NCBI GenBank assembly: GCA_038243585.1
Contig: JBBSQY010000016.1
Location: 1 to 64,000, forward strand
Source of the DNA: Candidatus Sumerlaeales bacterium
GTDB lineage: Bacteria; Sumerlaeota; Sumerlaeia; Sumerlaeales; Sumerlaeaceae
Reading direction: 5' to 3'
Length of the DNA: 64,000 bases
The notes under the pieces are model-generated. The model ran no database searches. It saw only the letters and a list, made by a program, of their open reading frames with translations, and was not told the origin of the DNA. The translations under genes and the position numbers were made by a program. The stretch's first letter is position 1. Every line of letters begins with the position of its first letter. Below, piece after piece: positions 10,071 to 19,992 of the stretch.

Positions 10071-10186
10071 GGAATCTTCCTGTGGCAGTTAGCGGGATAT
10101 TCGTAGTTAATAGTCTCTGTGGACGCTATGGACATCTTTCATAAAGTCAAAAATGCGCCGCCCTTATTCGCTGTAATTTCCAACTC

Positions 10187-10807
10187 ATGAGCCTTCCCCG
10201 ACACATTTACCCCTACTTTAACGATCCTGAAAACTTTTCCACCTGGTCGTCTCACGCGCAGGAATGCAGCCTTTGCGGTCAGGAGGGCAAGGGCTTTGAA
10301 GGGCCATTTTTTGGAGAAGAAGACATCGAATTCCTCTGTGAATCCTGTTTGCAGCGGGGTGAAATTGTTGAAATCGGGGCTACTACCAATGACGGCGATA
10401 TGGAAAGCCTTCGGGAGCAGATAGCTGAGCAGCAGCCTACGCTATCCCAGGAGCAGGCCGCGAAGGAAGTGGAGAAGAAGTTTTCTGTTCTGGCCGAGCA
10501 AACACCGCCCATGGCCACTCACGCACCGTTGTTGTGGCCGGCTCATTGCGGCGACTTTTGCATTTTCGTTAAAGAAGCTGGCCGCGCGGACCTGGACAAG
10601 CTCGGACCGGGTAACGACGGCCTGACGTTTTTTATGATGCACTTTCTTCAGTCTGATTCAAAGCAGGACGTGGAAAAGATCTATAATCAAATGCGTCCGG
10701 AATCGACGGAAAACAACCACATCAGCCATTCTCCGGCGGTGTACCTGTTCAAGTGCCGCTCATGTGAAGAGCATTTTGTGTTGAGCGACGCGGAAGAAAA
10801 CGGGTAA
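10187..10807 (+). CDS. CbrC/UPF0167-like Cys-rich protein
   Basis: CSLCG..GPF..FLCESC..G, WPAHCGDFCIF, YLFKCRSC pattern. Confidence 0.75.
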   Translation: MSLPRHIYPYFNDPENFSTWSSHAQECSLCGQEGKGFEGPFFGEEDIEFLCESCLQRGEIVEIGATTNDGDMESLREQIAEQQPTLSQEQAAKEVEKKFSVLAEQTPPMATHAPLLWPAHCGDFCIFVKEAGRADLDKLGPGNDGLTFFMMHFLQSDSKQDVEKIYNQMRPESTENNHISHSPAVYLFKCRSCEEHFVLSDAEENG

Positions 10808-10885
10808 AAAGCGGAGTAATTTAAAAGGCTACCAAGCCAGCCTAATTGGCCTTTGCGTATCGTTGTGTTATGTTGTTAGTTTACG

Positions 10886-11857
10886 CTATCCCCAGTCGGG
10901 TATCAAAACGATCTGCCCGAATGATCCCGGCTCCATTATCGCCTCGTGCGCCTGCGCCGCCGCATCCAGGGGGAATGCTCTATCCGTAAATGGGTTTAAG
11001 GTTCCGTTCGTTAGCCCTGCTCCCAGGGCGGCGTGGATGGACTTTGTCTCTTTTTCAGAAGCGTTCATAATTGTCATACCAATAATGGCTGCATTTTTGC
11101 CCATGGCTTTTCTTGGATCGATTTCAACCGGCCCACGGCTGCCGATCACTACAATACGACCGTTTTTCGCTACAACGTCCAAGTCACGATCAAGATTCAC
11201 ATTGGCCAGCATCTCTAATATGATGTCGAATCCGTTTCCGCCTGTTGCCTCTTCGACGGCTTTATCCAGGTAGCCGTCTTCTGTGTGATCATAGGTATAG
11301 CGTGCGCCTTGCTCTTGCACCAGTTCCAGTCCTTTTTCGGTTCCGGCCGTGCCGGTAACTTCAAGGCCAAAGGCTTTTGCAATTTGTGTGGCAGCGGTAC
11401 CCACGCCGCCGCTGGCCCCATGAATCAGCACTCGCTCTCCCGGGCTGGCGCCTGCCTTATGGAACAGGGCATGATAGGCCGTCGCATAGGGCACGTGGAC
11501 GCCTGCGCCCTGACGAAAAGTAATGTTTTCTGGCAGGCAATGCACCTGGGTCTGCTGACACAGCATATATTCCGCATAGCTGCCGGTTTGTCCCCCGGCG
11601 GTATAGACGCGATCGCCGGGCTTAAATTGCGTTACGCCGCTACCGACTTCCTCCACGACGCCCGCTGCGTCCATTCCGGGCGTATATGGCAGGCTAATGC
11701 TTCCGTAATTGCCAGACCGGATATAGGTATCCACCGGATTCACTCCGGCGGCCGATACCTTGATCAGCACGCTTTCCACGCTAACGACCGGCTTGTCCAG
11801 TTCTTCAAGGCGCATCACATCGGGGGCACCTGTCTCACGTACGCAAATGGCTTTCAT
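10886..11857 (-). CDS. NADPH:quinone oxidoreductase (zeta-crystallin/MDR family)
   Basis: GVNPVDTYIRSG, PYTPGMDAAG, LIHGASGGVG. Confidence 0.92.
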   Translation of the reverse strand: MKAICVRETGAPDVMRLEELDKPVVSVESVLIKVSAAGVNPVDTYIRSGNYGSISLPYTPGMDAAGVVEEVGSGVTQFKPGDRVYTAGGQTGSYAEYMLCQQTQVHCLPENITFRQGAGVHVPYATAYHALFHKAGASPGERVLIHGASGGVGTAATQIAKAFGLEVTGTAGTEKGLELVQEQGARYTYDHTEDGYLDKAVEEATGGNGFDIILEMLANVNLDRDLDVVAKNGRIVVIGSRGPVEIDPRKAMGKNAAIIGMTIMNASEKETKSIHAALGAGLTNGTLNPFTDRAFPLDAAAQAHEAIMEPGSFGQIVLIPDWG

Positions 11858-12654
11858 ATACCGGCATTCTTTCCATGGAGGATTTCAAGAGTATGATTAT
11901 CTTCTGTACCACTTAGCAGGGTATTGTTGTTCCTTCGTTTGCGAATTACAGTCCATGCCCATTGGCCAAGAGCGACTGCGGCGAACAGGAGCAGTCCCAC
12001 AGCCAGATGCCACACGTTTTTTTTCGCGGCGGAGTTACCAATCAACGTGTAAATAAGAACAAACGGTACATAACCAATTGCTGTGGCTGTCATGAAATCT
12101 CGGAACTTGATTTGCGATGCTCCGCCTATCACGCTGGTGAGGGTTGCATTAGTAAGGGGAAAGAGGCGCAAATACAAAGTGGCTTTAAAACCATGTTTGT
12201 TGAAAGCGTCATACCAATAGCGCAGCCGGCTCGGCATATGGCGAAATACGAGGTTCTGCAGGAGCGATCTTCCCAGTAAGAAATTTATCATGGCTCCGGT
12301 AAGGCAGGCGGTAAATGCGGACAGGCTACCGGCGACAACACCAAAGAGGGTCCCGGCGGCAATGCAAATCCATAACTTTGGAACCCCGATGGCGTTCAAC
12401 AGACTCGCGGTTCCTATGAAAGTCGTGATTCCCTTCCAGCCTTTCCCGTGTAAATCATCGCGCATGGCGCTAATATCGAAGATATGGGTCTTGATGGACG
12501 GAGTGTTTAACAGCAGGAGGGCACCTGATATAATCAAGGCGGCCACCAGAAGACGAAGCACGTCTTTCCAAAGCATTCGGGGGAGAGGCGGCGGTGGGTT
12601 GAAGAGATTCTCGGTGTCGATCTGAGGGGATGCCTTTTCCTCATTCGATGGCAC
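11854..12654 (-). CDS. TVP38/TMEM64 (VTT/DedA-superfamily) membrane protein
   Basis: Multiple TM segments; AGTLFG, LRLFP, FRDFMTATAIG. Confidence 0.85.
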   Translation of the reverse strand: MPSNEEKASPQIDTENLFNPPPPLPRMLWKDVLRLLVAALIISGALLLLNTPSIKTHIFDISAMRDDLHGKGWKGITTFIGTASLLNAIGVPKLWICIAAGTLFGVVAGSLSAFTACLTGAMINFLLGRSLLQNLVFRHMPSRLRYWYDAFNKHGFKATLYLRLFPLTNATLTSVIGGASQIKFRDFMTATAIGYVPFVLIYTLIGNSAAKKNVWHLAVGLLLFAAVALGQWAWTVIRKRRNNNTLLSGTEDNHTLEILHGKNAGI

Positions 12655-12682
12655 GGGTATCTCCTGGGGTGGAATACCCGGA

Positions 12683-12749
12683 GCGGACGGCTCGGCGAGT
12701 CATCCCTACCCAAAGAGCTTTGCGGCCGGCTCGGTGAGCCGGCCCTACC
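12683..12749 (-). repeat. Pair of GTAG-type REP-like palindromes (second family)
   Basis: GCGGACGGCTCGGCGAGTCATCCCTACC (12683-12710) and GCGGCCGGCTCGGTGAGCCGGCCCTACC (12722-12749): hairpin followed by CTAC. Confidence 0.75.
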
Positions 12750-12783
12750 TGAAGAACTGTACAGACGAGTCGGCCAGACGTCT

Positions 12784-14562
12784 CTATTGCTTTAATTTTA
12801 TGTCCAGGCCTTTGAGCAGGTTTCCAAGATTGGTAGCGGTGGTGCCGGAACCTTCTTTTTTGTACTGCTCCACAATCTTTCGTTCATCATCCTGTAAGTA
12901 AGCGCGACGGCTCAGGCTGACTTTCCGATCCTTCTTTTCAATCTTAATGATTTTTGCTGTGACTTCATCTCCAGGTTTTACCACGTTTTCAAGAGAATCG
13001 GTTTTTTCCGTGGCCCATTGAGAGATGTGAATGAGTCCCTCGACCAACGGGGCCAGCTCTACAAAAGCACCAAAACCTGAAAGGTTTTTTACCGTTCCGG
13101 TAACGACAGAGCCTTGCGGATGTTCTCGCACATAGGCGGTGAAAGGGTCCTCCTGAAGCTGCTTCATACCGAAGTTGAGGCGGCGGTTTTTCTCGTCGAT
13201 TTTGATTACGGTAACTTCTACTTCATCGCCGACTTTTACCAGCTTGCGGGGGTCTTTGATTGAGCGGTCCCATGTCATATCTGTTAAGTGGATAAGGCCT
13301 TTTGTATATTCGTCCAGCTTCGCAAACGCTCCAAAGCTGACAACGTCGCTAATGGTAACTTTGTGGCGACTCTTGACCGGGAAACGCTCGTCGATGCCGG
13401 ACCACGGGTCATCTGCCATTTCCTTCAATCCCAGCTCCAACAAGCGCTTATCGTTATCGTAGCTGAGAATCTTTGCCTCAATTTCTTCGTTCTTCTTCAG
13501 CAGGTCGCTGGGCTTGTTTATAGATGGCAGCCAGCTCAGGTGATCGCGATGAATGCGGCCTTCTATCCCATCCGCCAAGAGCACGTATGCGCAATTGTTT
13601 GTTAGATTTGTGACTTTGCCTGTCACCTTCGATTCAACAGGATGCTCTGCGGCAATGGAAAGCCACGGATCTTCAGTCAGGCGTTTACGAGACAGGCTGA
13701 TTCGGCCTTTATCCTTGTCCACGGAAAGGACTTTAAAGCTGTGCCTGGTGTCGACTTTTAAAACGTCGGATGGCGAGACCCGTTTTTCCCAGGCAATTTC
13801 ATCTCGCGGAACAAGGCCGTCGAGAGATCCGAGTTCAATAAACACGCCGAACTCCACAATGCTCTTCACGCGCCCTTCAACTGTCTGCCCTTCTTCAAGC
13901 AAAGCCAGTTGGCCAGTGCGCTCCGCAGTCTTTTGTTCGGTAAGTAGGCGACGGCGGGAGAGTACGCCGCGATGGCGCTGTCGATCGAGGTCGATTATGT
14001 AGCATTCGACGGTTTCACCCACTAAGGAATCCAGGCTCTGAACGCGGCCAAGACCGATTTGTGAGGCTGGCAGAAAGCAGGGAACTCCAACATCTACAAG
14101 TACGCCGTTTTGAAGTGCGCGCGTTACATGGCCATGGACCGTGGTTCCCTTTTCAAACGCGGAGACGATGCGCGTCCACTCGACCCGTTGGCGGGCTTTA
14201 CGATAGGAAACCCTGATCTGGCCTGTTTCCGAGTCGCGACTTTCAATGACGACTTCGACCTCTTCGCCCGGCTGTGCAAGCAGGTTGCCTTTGAAATCCT
14301 GGAATTCTTTGCGGTTACATATGCCCTCGGCCTTGTCGCCCACATCGAGCAAAACGTGTTCTTTACCGATTTCCAAAACGGTTGCGCGGGTAATTTTGCC
14401 AACTTCAAGACCGGACATGGAATCAAGGTAACCAGACATGAAATCATCGAACTGATCCATTTCAGATGACGCTTCGAAGGCATCCTGTCCAAATACATCC
14501 TGGTCAGCAACCTGTTTGTTTTCCAGCTCGAGGTCGAATTCCTGATTCATGCGGTCTCCCAT
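12784..14562 (-). CDS. rpsA: 30S ribosomal protein S1
   Basis: Six S1 repeats (FGVFIEL, FGAFAKL, FGAFVEL..VEGLIHISQ); 592 aa. Confidence 0.96.
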   Translation of the reverse strand: MGDRMNQEFDLELENKQVADQDVFGQDAFEASSEMDQFDDFMSGYLDSMSGLEVGKITRATVLEIGKEHVLLDVGDKAEGICNRKEFQDFKGNLLAQPGEEVEVVIESRDSETGQIRVSYRKARQRVEWTRIVSAFEKGTTVHGHVTRALQNGVLVDVGVPCFLPASQIGLGRVQSLDSLVGETVECYIIDLDRQRHRGVLSRRRLLTEQKTAERTGQLALLEEGQTVEGRVKSIVEFGVFIELGSLDGLVPRDEIAWEKRVSPSDVLKVDTRHSFKVLSVDKDKGRISLSRKRLTEDPWLSIAAEHPVESKVTGKVTNLTNNCAYVLLADGIEGRIHRDHLSWLPSINKPSDLLKKNEEIEAKILSYDNDKRLLELGLKEMADDPWSGIDERFPVKSRHKVTISDVVSFGAFAKLDEYTKGLIHLTDMTWDRSIKDPRKLVKVGDEVEVTVIKIDEKNRRLNFGMKQLQEDPFTAYVREHPQGSVVTGTVKNLSGFGAFVELAPLVEGLIHISQWATEKTDSLENVVKPGDEVTAKIIKIEKKDRKVSLSRRAYLQDDERKIVEQYKKEGSGTTATNLGNLLKGLDIKLKQ

Positions 14563-14988
14563 TTCTATCTGCTTCTTTGCGAGGTTGCTATTCCCAAACG
14601 TGCTGCGGGTTCTCGCAGGGGACTCAGTACAATGTCAACGCTCAGTTTCAAAAATAAGTAAAAAGACGCCGGGGCTAACGACTTAACACTATTCTCGACC
14701 CGTGAATGGGTACCAACCTGTTTCTCCTCTTGTAAGACAATGCCTTACAAACTGGGAATAACGCCCTGCGACTTCGTTGTCCAGGTTCGCCGATCTTTCT
14801 ATAATGGGGCAAAATGAGTGCCAGTCGCTGGCAACATTCCAAAAAATGCTCCCGACGGCGATCACTTTTAGTTGCTCCATAGAATTTTGCTATCCGGCGC
14901 GTATAAAAATTTAACCACTGGATCGGCCTATCAGGGCCTGGTCCGTTTCAAGATTTTGCAGACTAACAAGGGAGTTTTCAACCGGATT

Positions 14989-16149
14989 ATGGGTGAATGG
15001 ATTGGCCATGGCCGCAAAGCAAGGCGCGCGTACGGATTTGACGAAATTGCCATAGTTCCGGGAGCGATTACGATTAATCCCAACGAAGTGGATATCCACT
15101 GGGACTTGGCGGATAAGAAATTCGAACTGCCTATTATGGCCGCAGCCATGGATGGCGTTGTCGATCCTGACTTTTCTATTGCTATGGGCAAAATGGGTGG
15201 CCTGGCCATTCTGAACCTGGAAGGCGTATGGTTTCGTTATGATGATCCGCGGGATATCCTCAGGGAAATAGCGGAATCGAGCACGGAGCGGGCGACAGAA
15301 CTGGTGCAGCAGCTTTATCAGCCGCCGGTACGAGAGGACCTTATCAGCCGCCGAGTTGAGTATATCCGCGCGGCCGGCGTTCCGGTGGTTGTAAGCGCCA
15401 TTCCTCAGAAAGCCGATCGTACCGCCGCGATATGCGAAGAGGCGGGCTGTGACGTGTTTATCGTTCAAAGCACCGTCAGCACGGTGCGCCACATCTCCAG
15501 CGAATACAAGATGCTGGACATTGGCGATCTTTGCCGCCGCTCGAAAATGTCGGTGATGGTGGGTAATTGTGTTACTTATGAAACCGCAATGGAACTAATG
15601 GAGGCTGGTCCGGACGCTGTGATCATCGGCATCGGTCCGGGCGCTGCCTGCACCAGCCGCGGCGTATTGGGAATAGGCGTGCCCCAGGTGACGGCCACAG
15701 TGGACGGCGCGGCGGCCCGTGATGAATTTTATAAACGCACTGGCAAGTATGTGCCGGTTATTACCGACGGCGGCATGAGTGTCGGTGGCGACATCTGTAA
15801 AGCTTTTGCTTCTGGCGCTGATGCGGTTATCGTCGGCAGCGCATTCGCGAAAGCGAAGGAAGCTCCTGGCGGCGGCTTTCACTGGGGAATGGCAACACCT
15901 CACGCGAATCTTCCCCGTGGAACGCGCGTGCGTGTTGGCACGACGGGCACGCTGGAAGAGATCCTCTTTGGCCCGGCACATCTGGACGACGGCAGCCAGA
16001 ACCTGATTGGGGCCCTGCGCACCTGCATGGGAAGCGTCGGCGCGTCTACGATTAAAGAACTTCAACGCTCAGAACTGGTAATCGCTCCGGCCATCAAAAC
16101 CGAAGGTAAAATCTTTCAGGCCGCACAAAAAATCGGCATGGGTAAGTAA
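14989..16149 (+). CDS. guaB: GuaB3-type IMP dehydrogenase-related protein (no CBS domains)
   Basis: MGEWIGHGRKARRAYGFDEIAIVP, GIGPGAACTSR with catalytic Cys, HWGMATP; upstream of guaA. Confidence 0.9.
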   Translation: MGEWIGHGRKARRAYGFDEIAIVPGAITINPNEVDIHWDLADKKFELPIMAAAMDGVVDPDFSIAMGKMGGLAILNLEGVWFRYDDPRDILREIAESSTERATELVQQLYQPPVREDLISRRVEYIRAAGVPVVVSAIPQKADRTAAICEEAGCDVFIVQSTVSTVRHISSEYKMLDIGDLCRRSKMSVMVGNCVTYETAMELMEAGPDAVIIGIGPGAACTSRGVLGIGVPQVTATVDGAAARDEFYKRTGKYVPVITDGGMSVGGDICKAFASGADAVIVGSAFAKAKEAPGGGFHWGMATPHANLPRGTRVRVGTTGTLEEILFGPAHLDDGSQNLIGALRTCMGSVGASTIKELQRSELVIAPAIKTEGKIFQAAQKIGMGK

Positions 16150-16155
16150 GTAGAA

Positions 16156-16233
16156 AATTTGACGCAAAGGCGCAAAGGCCGCAAAGCTTTCTGACACAAA
16201 GACACAAAGGCACTAAGAAAAGCAAAAGCAAGA
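16156..16233 (+). repeat. Left inverted repeat flanking the GxxExxY gene
   Basis: AATTTGACGCAAAG...TGACACAAAGACACAAAG...; reverse-complement match to 16623-16705. Confidence 0.85.
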
Positions 16234-16234
16234 T

Positions 16235-16609
16235 ATGGACATTGAACAACTTGGTTACCGAATCATCGGGTGCGCTATTGAAGCTCATAAGTCATTAGGC
16301 GGGTGTGGGCTTCTTGAATCAATTTATGAGGATGCAATGTGCTATGAACTGTCACGAACCGGTTTAATTTTTGAACGTCAGGCGTTTCAACCCGTTCATT
16401 ATAAAGAAACAATCTTGTCGACGCCACTAAAGATCGACTTGATAATCCAAAAGTCTGTTATTGTGGAATGCAAATCGACGGTGGCCTACAATCCAGTATT
16501 TGAATCTCAACTTTTAACATACCTCCGTTTAAGCAAATTGAAACTGGGGTACGTAATCAACTTCGGAGAACCGACTTTAAAGAACGGCATACACAGAGTG
16601 GTTAATTGA
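16235..16609 (+). CDS. GxxExxY protein (putative PD-(D/E)XK nuclease fold)
   Basis: IIGCAIEAHKSLG, GLLESIY, IDLII..VIVECKS, QLLTYL...GYVINFG. Confidence 0.93.
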   Translation: MDIEQLGYRIIGCAIEAHKSLGGCGLLESIYEDAMCYELSRTGLIFERQAFQPVHYKETILSTPLKIDLIIQKSVIVECKSTVAYNPVFESQLLTYLRLSKLKLGYVINFGEPTLKNGIHRVVN

Positions 16610-16622
16610 TTATTAGAAAATT

Positions 16623-16705
16623 GTCTTTCTTTTGTTTTTCTTCGTGTCTTTGTGTCTTTGTGTCAAAAATTTCTTTAGCGTCCTTTTCCGTCTTTGCGTC
16701 AAATT
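16623..16705 (-). repeat. Right inverted repeat flanking the GxxExxY gene
   Basis: CTTTGTGTCTTTGTGTCA (16648-16665) and CTTTGCGTCAAATT (16692-16705) are perfect complements of left-arm segments. Confidence 0.85.
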
Positions 16706-16722
16706 CTTTAATAGGTTTTTAA

Positions 16723-18261
16723 TTGCTCATGATTCTTATCCTCGATTTCGGTTCTCAGTACAGCCAGCTTATTGCCCGCAAGATTCGCTCGTTTAGCGTT
16801 TACTCGCAGATAATCCCGTTCAATACTCCAATTGAAGAGATCCGCGCTCTGAACCCTCGCGGTATTGTCTTCTCCGGGGGGCCGGCGTCTGTTTCTGAAG
16901 CGGGTTCTCCTCAGGTGGACCCTGCTATTCTGGAAATGGATGTCCCGATCCTTGGCATCTGCTACGGAATGCAGCTGCTCGTTCATCTGCTGGGGGGCGA
17001 AGTAAAGGCGCAGTCGCACAGCGAATATGGTCGTGCCACAATGACCCTTGCCGGTGCCGACCCAATACTGACCGATGTGCCTGAGACGGACGTTGTATGG
17101 ATGAGCCACATGGACGCCGCTGTGCGCCTGCCAGACGAATGGCAGACCCTGGCGCGGACGGAAGGCTGTGAGCAGGCCATTGTTCGCCATACGACTCTGC
17201 CCCTCTATGGTCTTCAGTTTCACCCAGAAGTCCATCACACGCCCAACGGCGCGCAAATCCTTCACAACTTCGCCTTTGAGGTCTGCGGATCCACGCCGGA
17301 CTGGAAGATGGAAGATTTTATTGAGAAAACCATCTCCGACGTCCGCGCGCAGCTTGACGCCAAACCCGGAAGCCGCCTTGTTTGCGCCGTCTCCGGCGGG
17401 GTGGACAGCACCGTGCTGGCTGCGCTTATGCACCGTGCCGTGGGTGACCGGTTCGTTCCTATATTTGTGGACAACGGCTTGCTGCGTGGTGGCGAAGCGG
17501 AAGCAGTGGAGCGTAATTTCCGTGAGCATCTCGACATCCCCATTAAAGCGGTCGATGCCCGCAGGCTATTCCTTGACGGCCTGGCCGGGGTTACTGATCC
17601 GGAGCAGAAACGCAAGATCATCGGCAAACTTTTTATTGATGTGTTCTTCCGTACCCTCAAGCCCGGCGACTTCCTTGCTCAGGGTACTCTTTATCCAGAC
17701 GTTATCGAAAGCGTAAGTCTGAAGGGCCCCAGCGCCGTCATCAAAACCCACCATAACCGGGTGGAAGAAGTGCTGCAATTAATGGAACAGGGCCTCGTTG
17801 TCGAGCCCCTGCGCGAACTCTTTAAAGATGAAGTTCGCGTGCTTGGCGCACAGCTTGGCATCCCTGACGAAATGCTCTGGCGCCAGCCATTTCCCGGTCC
17901 CGGACTGGCTGTCCGGATTCTCGGCGAAGTTACGGACGAACGCCTGGAGATCCTCCAGCGCGCCGACAAAATTGTCCTCGATGAATGTAAAGCTGCCGGC
18001 GTTTACCGTCAGCTGTGGCAGAGTTTCGCCGTTTTGCTGCCTGTAAAAGCCGTCGGCGTCATGGGCGATTGCCGCACGTATGCCAATGTCATCGCTGTCC
18101 GTGCCGTGGAAAGTGTGGACGCCATGACCGCCGATTTCGCCCACCTCCCGTGGGAACTCCTGGCTCGAATCTCTACCAGGATCATTAACGAAGTGCCCGG
18201 CGTGAACCGGGTAACCTATGACATCAGCAGCAAGCCTCCCGCCACTATAGAGTGGGAGTAA
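16723..18261 (+). CDS. guaA: GMP synthase (glutamine-hydrolysing)
   Basis: LDFGSQY, GICYGMQ, QFHPEV, SGGVDS, IKTHHN, KPPATIEWE; start may be ATG 16729. Confidence 0.98.
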   Translation: MLMILILDFGSQYSQLIARKIRSFSVYSQIIPFNTPIEEIRALNPRGIVFSGGPASVSEAGSPQVDPAILEMDVPILGICYGMQLLVHLLGGEVKAQSHSEYGRATMTLAGADPILTDVPETDVVWMSHMDAAVRLPDEWQTLARTEGCEQAIVRHTTLPLYGLQFHPEVHHTPNGAQILHNFAFEVCGSTPDWKMEDFIEKTISDVRAQLDAKPGSRLVCAVSGGVDSTVLAALMHRAVGDRFVPIFVDNGLLRGGEAEAVERNFREHLDIPIKAVDARRLFLDGLAGVTDPEQKRKIIGKLFIDVFFRTLKPGDFLAQGTLYPDVIESVSLKGPSAVIKTHHNRVEEVLQLMEQGLVVEPLRELFKDEVRVLGAQLGIPDEMLWRQPFPGPGLAVRILGEVTDERLEILQRADKIVLDECKAAGVYRQLWQSFAVLLPVKAVGVMGDCRTYANVIAVRAVESVDAMTADFAHLPWELLARISTRIINEVPGVNRVTYDISSKPPATIEWE

Positions 18262-18279
18262 AGTTGCCAAGGGAGCGGC

Positions 18280-19992
18280 TTAAGGCACGGGTGGCGCCAG
18301 GTATACCGGGCCTGGTCGCTGTCCTGAGCTGAACCCTGGAATGGGCTGGTTTAAATCTGGATCACGCAGATAGATTTTTGTAATTTGCGTTGCTGCAATA
18401 AACTCCACAGACGCCCGCACCTTGCGCCGCCATGGATCGTTTTCCCAATGTTGTAGAGAGTTCTCCGATTCCCCCGGCTCGTCCGTGGAAACGGTAAAGC
18501 TTGTAACCTTCACATCAGGACGGCTGTCCAGCCGTTCGATCCAATTTCGCAGGTTTGCTTCATACCCAGGCGACTCCTTAAAGTTTGTGTTCGGGGCCAG
18601 CGAAATTAGGCGGCGGGACAGGGTGGAGCCCTCGTCCGCGTCGCTCGCAGATTCAAGCAACACCATCTTCTCGCCATCGAGCCATTGATCTACATCGGTA
18701 GAGTCGGGCACGACCTTAACAATCTCCAGCGGCCCTAAAGGCACGTCCCGGTCCGGTGCGTGCGCCTTCTCCCGCATTACATACAGGATTTGTTTCAACT
18801 TCATAATGTCAGTCGGCACAGGGGGCACGAAGCCATAGTCCGCCAAATCTTCCAGCCGCGTCGGCATTGCGCCGAGTTCCGCCTGATAAACCCTTGCCAA
18901 CAACGCCGCCTGCAGAATCCTGCGCTGGGTTGCCATAGCCCTGTCTGTCATGTAGGAGGCTTTCCGATCCTCATGCGGAGCAATCAGCAATGCCGTTGCC
19001 ATGAGCCTTTCGTTTTTCGATAGGCCTTCCAGGTAAGATGACGGTGCCGGCTTCACCAGCGCGGGGTGCTCAGCCAGATCGTTTAGATTCTTTTGTAACA
19101 AATAGGGAGTTCGTGTCCATGGAAGTATCAGCCCCACGTCAATATTATGGCTTTCATTCCAACCAAACTCCATGGCCCATGCCGATTCATCAGTTGGTTG
19201 GATTATAAGCATAATCGCCGATTTCGCGATGGTTTTGACGATCTCAGGCCGATCTGTTAGTTCCGGTTCAAATTTCATGCGGTAGACAAATTGGGAAAAA
19301 GTGGCGTTGATCGATGGCCGTGTCGGCTGTTGAAGGGATCGCGTTTGTTCCAGTTCTTCGGAAAGCCGTCGAAGATGAGCGGGGCTTGTGGTTTCGGCGG
19401 CCACTTCATCAAACACGGAATATAACCTTCCAGGTTTAAAGGTAGTAGTGCCCGTGAACCGCGCCAGGCTCATTTCCGTCAGCCGGGTTAACATACGCAG
19501 GCGGCTCAGCGCCTTGTCATTGTCTCCCGCCCGCGCTGCCGTTACGGCACCCAGGCTAAGCAGGCGCCACTCAAAGCCAGGGTACGCGATGTTATCGAAG
19601 ACGAAGACGGCTCGCGGATTAACTTCGATAAATGCGCTGACATTGGCGAAACCAGCCGTCTCTATTTTGGCAAAAAGTTCCGGCTTCTCCTCCGCCCGCA
19701 CAACCAAGTCATCAAAATGAGTTGTGGCAAGCCAGAATTCCTGACCGTGAAAAAAGTCGGAGATGCTTCTTAAAGTTTCCGTCTGCAGCATAAGGTTGTT
19801 GTACTGCACCATGTGGCTCCAGGGGACTAACGGATCATTTATCGCGTTCTGGTAAAGCTGGTCAATCAGCCGATCCACGGCACGATCAGACAACGGCTGG
19901 CGTGCTCTCAGAACGGCCACAACCATCAGACCGGTTAACACCAGCGGCAATATGATCCAGGTAATACGTGAGTTTAAAATCATTCTTTTCAT
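18280..19992 (-). CDS. Hypothetical membrane-anchored protein, last gene of the YtrA-type operon
   Basis: Start MKRMILNSR with ATGA overlap on the upstream stop; N-terminal TM helix. Confidence 0.7.
   Translation of the reverse strand: MKRMILNSRITWIILPLVLTGLMVVAVLRARQPLSDRAVDRLIDQLYQNAINDPLVPWSHMVQYNNLMLQTETLRSISDFFHGQEFWLATTHFDDLVVRAEEKPELFAKIETAGFANVSAFIEVNPRAVFVFDNIAYPGFEWRLLSLGAVTAARAGDNDKALSRLRMLTRLTEMSLARFTGTTTFKPGRLYSVFDEVAAETTSPAHLRRLSEELEQTRSLQQPTRPSINATFSQFVYRMKFEPELTDRPEIVKTIAKSAIMLIIQPTDESAWAMEFGWNESHNIDVGLILPWTRTPYLLQKNLNDLAEHPALVKPAPSSYLEGLSKNERLMATALLIAPHEDRKASYMTDRAMATQRRILQAALLARVYQAELGAMPTRLEDLADYGFVPPVPTDIMKLKQILYVMREKAHAPDRDVPLGPLEIVKVVPDSTDVDQWLDGEKMVLLESASDADEGSTLSRRLISLAPNTNFKESPGYEANLRNWIERLDSRPDVKVTSFTVSTDEPGESENSLQHWENDPWRRKVRASVEFIAATQITKIYLRDPDLNQPIPGFSSGQRPGPVYLAPPVP

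Noticed and set aside
14689..14880. 63-aa ORF or structured RNA between rpsA and guaB3
   Set aside because: No recognisable motif, RBS or riboswitch consensus; probably a divergent promoter region.
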